Below are positions 61,850 through 64,000 of a stretch of DNA of 64,000 bases, one piece after another. Position numbers and translations under genes: made by a program. The DNA is from Orbicella franksi (Eukaryota). The stretch is from the NCBI GenBank assembly GCA_964199315.1, contig OZ116701.1:20708001-20772000 (forward strand). Reading direction: 5' to 3'. The notes beneath the pieces were generated by a model. The model was not told the origin of the DNA. It saw only the letters and a list, made by a program, of their open reading frames with translations, and searched no databases. The stretch's first letter is position 1, and the number at the start of each line of letters is the position of its first letter.

Positions 61850-64000
61850 CTTCTTGGCTTCAAAGATGACGTTGGCAAAATTGAGAATGTTCACCCCACT
61901 GGAAGAAAACATGAGGAACCTAGGAATATTATCTTCAAACTCTACAGCAGACCTTTCAAGTGAGAGCTACTTCTTATCACCAAGAATCAGAAAAACAAGC
62001 AAGCACTGAACAGAGTTAGATTTGTGGAAGACTTTACCCCTTATGACTTTGAAATAAGGAAAAAAGCACTCCTGATCATGAAAGAGGCGTTTGACCAAGG
62101 CAGGAAAGTGCGATTCACAAAAGGAAAGCTTTTCAGACGGTAAGGCTTTACCTGTAGAATAACTGTTATTAGTTGCTCATTTCGGGGCACAATGGCGGTG
62201 ATCTTTGCAGTAAACACCAAGCGACTAATTCACTTGTGTTCAGACGGCTTGTGCAAGCCACAGAAAACGTTTGTCATTCTATCTTCTAATGTTCACTTTA
62301 GTTTTAAGATTAATTTTGTGTGTACCAATTTTTTGACCTTTCTTCTTAATAAAAGCTTTGTCTACAATAATCAACGGATCTTTACTTCATGCCTACAAAA
62401 TTTATTCTAGATGTCTCCCCTGGTAGTTTCAAGTTTGTTGCCTTTGTTTTGTTCTTTTTTATATTTACAATTGATAGTGGGTAAATTTATTTCGTGAAAT
62501 GTAAGTGGCATCAGCAACTTTCGTAAAAGAAGAACAATATTTACATGGTGTAAAAAGCAAAAAGCGGATGTTATTTTTCTTTAGGAAACACATTCCATGA
62601 AAGACAATGAGTTATTGTGGAAAGGGAATGGGGCACTTCCTTCTTTTGTTCACATGGGGCTAATAACTCTCATGGGGTTGCAATTTTAATCCAAAATGAC
62701 TTTGATTGCTCTGTTGAAGAAATAGCAACAAAGATGGTTGTTATATTATGCTCAAAACTCTGTTGAAAGCTGAAGAAGATATTTTAGTTAACATATACGG
62801 TCCAAATCATGATAACAAACTAGTTCATTTTTATCATTCGGTTCTCCAAAGTACAAAGACAAATGATTTCGACACTGATAACATTATAATGGGAGACTTC
62901 AATTGTCCATTAACTCCTATAGTTCACAAAAGAGGTGGAAATCTCAGGCCCAGACAAAGTGTTATCAACACCATAGAACGTCTACATGGCAACTTAATCT
63001 GCATGATATTTGGCGTATTAAAAATCCCACAGGGGGGAGTTTTATGTGGAGTCAACCAGAACCTTTAGTTTTGTCTAGATTAGATTACTGGCTTATCTCA
63101 CACTCGGTATCAGATGTTTGTCATGTCGATATCATACCATCTATTAAAACAGATCATCAAAATAGAATTTAAAGATGTTGGTGATGGTGTTAAGGGCCCT
63201 GGACTTTGGAAATTAAACTGTTCTTAATTAAGAGATGAAGTGTATGTTGACAAAATAGATCGTATGATTCCTAGTTCCTAGAAACACGAAGGTAGAGTAG
63301 ATCTGTCTGATCCACACTCAGTATGGGACTGGGTTAAGTATGATATTAAGAAGCATTCTAGAAAATACTCAATGAATAAATACAAAGACGAAGAGAAGAG
63401 CAAGAACTAAACGAACAATTTCAGAAGGTGCATTTACTTTTTCAAAATGAACCATCCGAGGAAAATTTGTTGACTTTAAATGTCCTGAAAGAGAGAATGG
63501 AAAAAATGCACAAAGAAAAAGTGGAAGGTATAATTGTAAGATCCAGAGCACGCTCACATGAACATGGAGAAAAGAATTCTAGGTATTTTCTTAACTTAGA
63601 GAAACAAAATCATGTTAAGAAACACGTTCAGAAACTTCGGCTAAGTGGCATTATTACTTCTGAACCTTTCAAATTTTACATGCTGAACAGGAGTTCACCT
63701 AAAGTCTATAAATCTCAACATGTTTATGCACAACAAATGGAAGCCTCCTTTAATTATGACGATCTTCGAAAACCAAAACTTTCAGGAGATTATATACAGT
63801 TTGGTGAAGGAATTATTACCTTAAATGAATGCTCGAAGGTCTTGAATTCTTTTGCTTTATATAAGACTCCTGAGAACGATGAATTGCCAAAAGAATTTTA
63901 TTGAACTTTTTGGAACTCGGTTGGAGAACTGTTTGTGGAATCTTTCAATGAGTCTTATAAAAGGAGAAATGAGTCCATCGCACAGAAAGGCTGTAATTAC
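61850..64000 (+). mobile_element. L1/Tx1-like LINE (ORF1 3' part plus ORF2 endonuclease), decayed, runs off the window edge
   Basis: ORF1 KIENVH.TG..EEPRNIIFK. ORF2 APE motifs KADVIFL*ETHS, VNIYGPN, MGDFNCPL, SRLDYWLIS, KTDH, GLWKLNCS. Many stops. Confidence 0.85.

Overview
This is repeat-dense eukaryotic DNA with GT-AG introns and SINE/LINE/LTR elements. The repeat content suggests a cnidarian, probably a stony coral (inference). I found no convincing host gene: the window is a nested transposon graveyard. It holds a BEL/Pao LTR element (TSD ATAGG), a young Gypsy element with an intact 1313-aa ORF (TSD GTTGC), two decayed Polinton pPolB remnants and a near-intact 12.2-kb AcademH-type element (RecQ helicase plus 7-exon transposase, 10-bp TSD). 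It also holds a DIRS element interrupted by a Sola3-like element, plus EnSpm, Crypton, P, ISL2EU/Harbinger, piggyBac, Penelope, CR1, Tx1/L1 and SINE remnants. The most striking item is a 5.09-kb element at 45574-50663, bounded by 32-bp TIRs starting CACGGTG (RSS-heptamer-like). It carries a long open RAG1/Transib-like transposase that appears to lack the canonical Zn ligands and has C-terminal C2H2 and SAP domains. A second, unknown, non-Kelch ORF faces it, giving a ProtoRAG-like two-gene layout with a partner that is not RAG2. All family assignments are by-eye motif recognition, not database searches.
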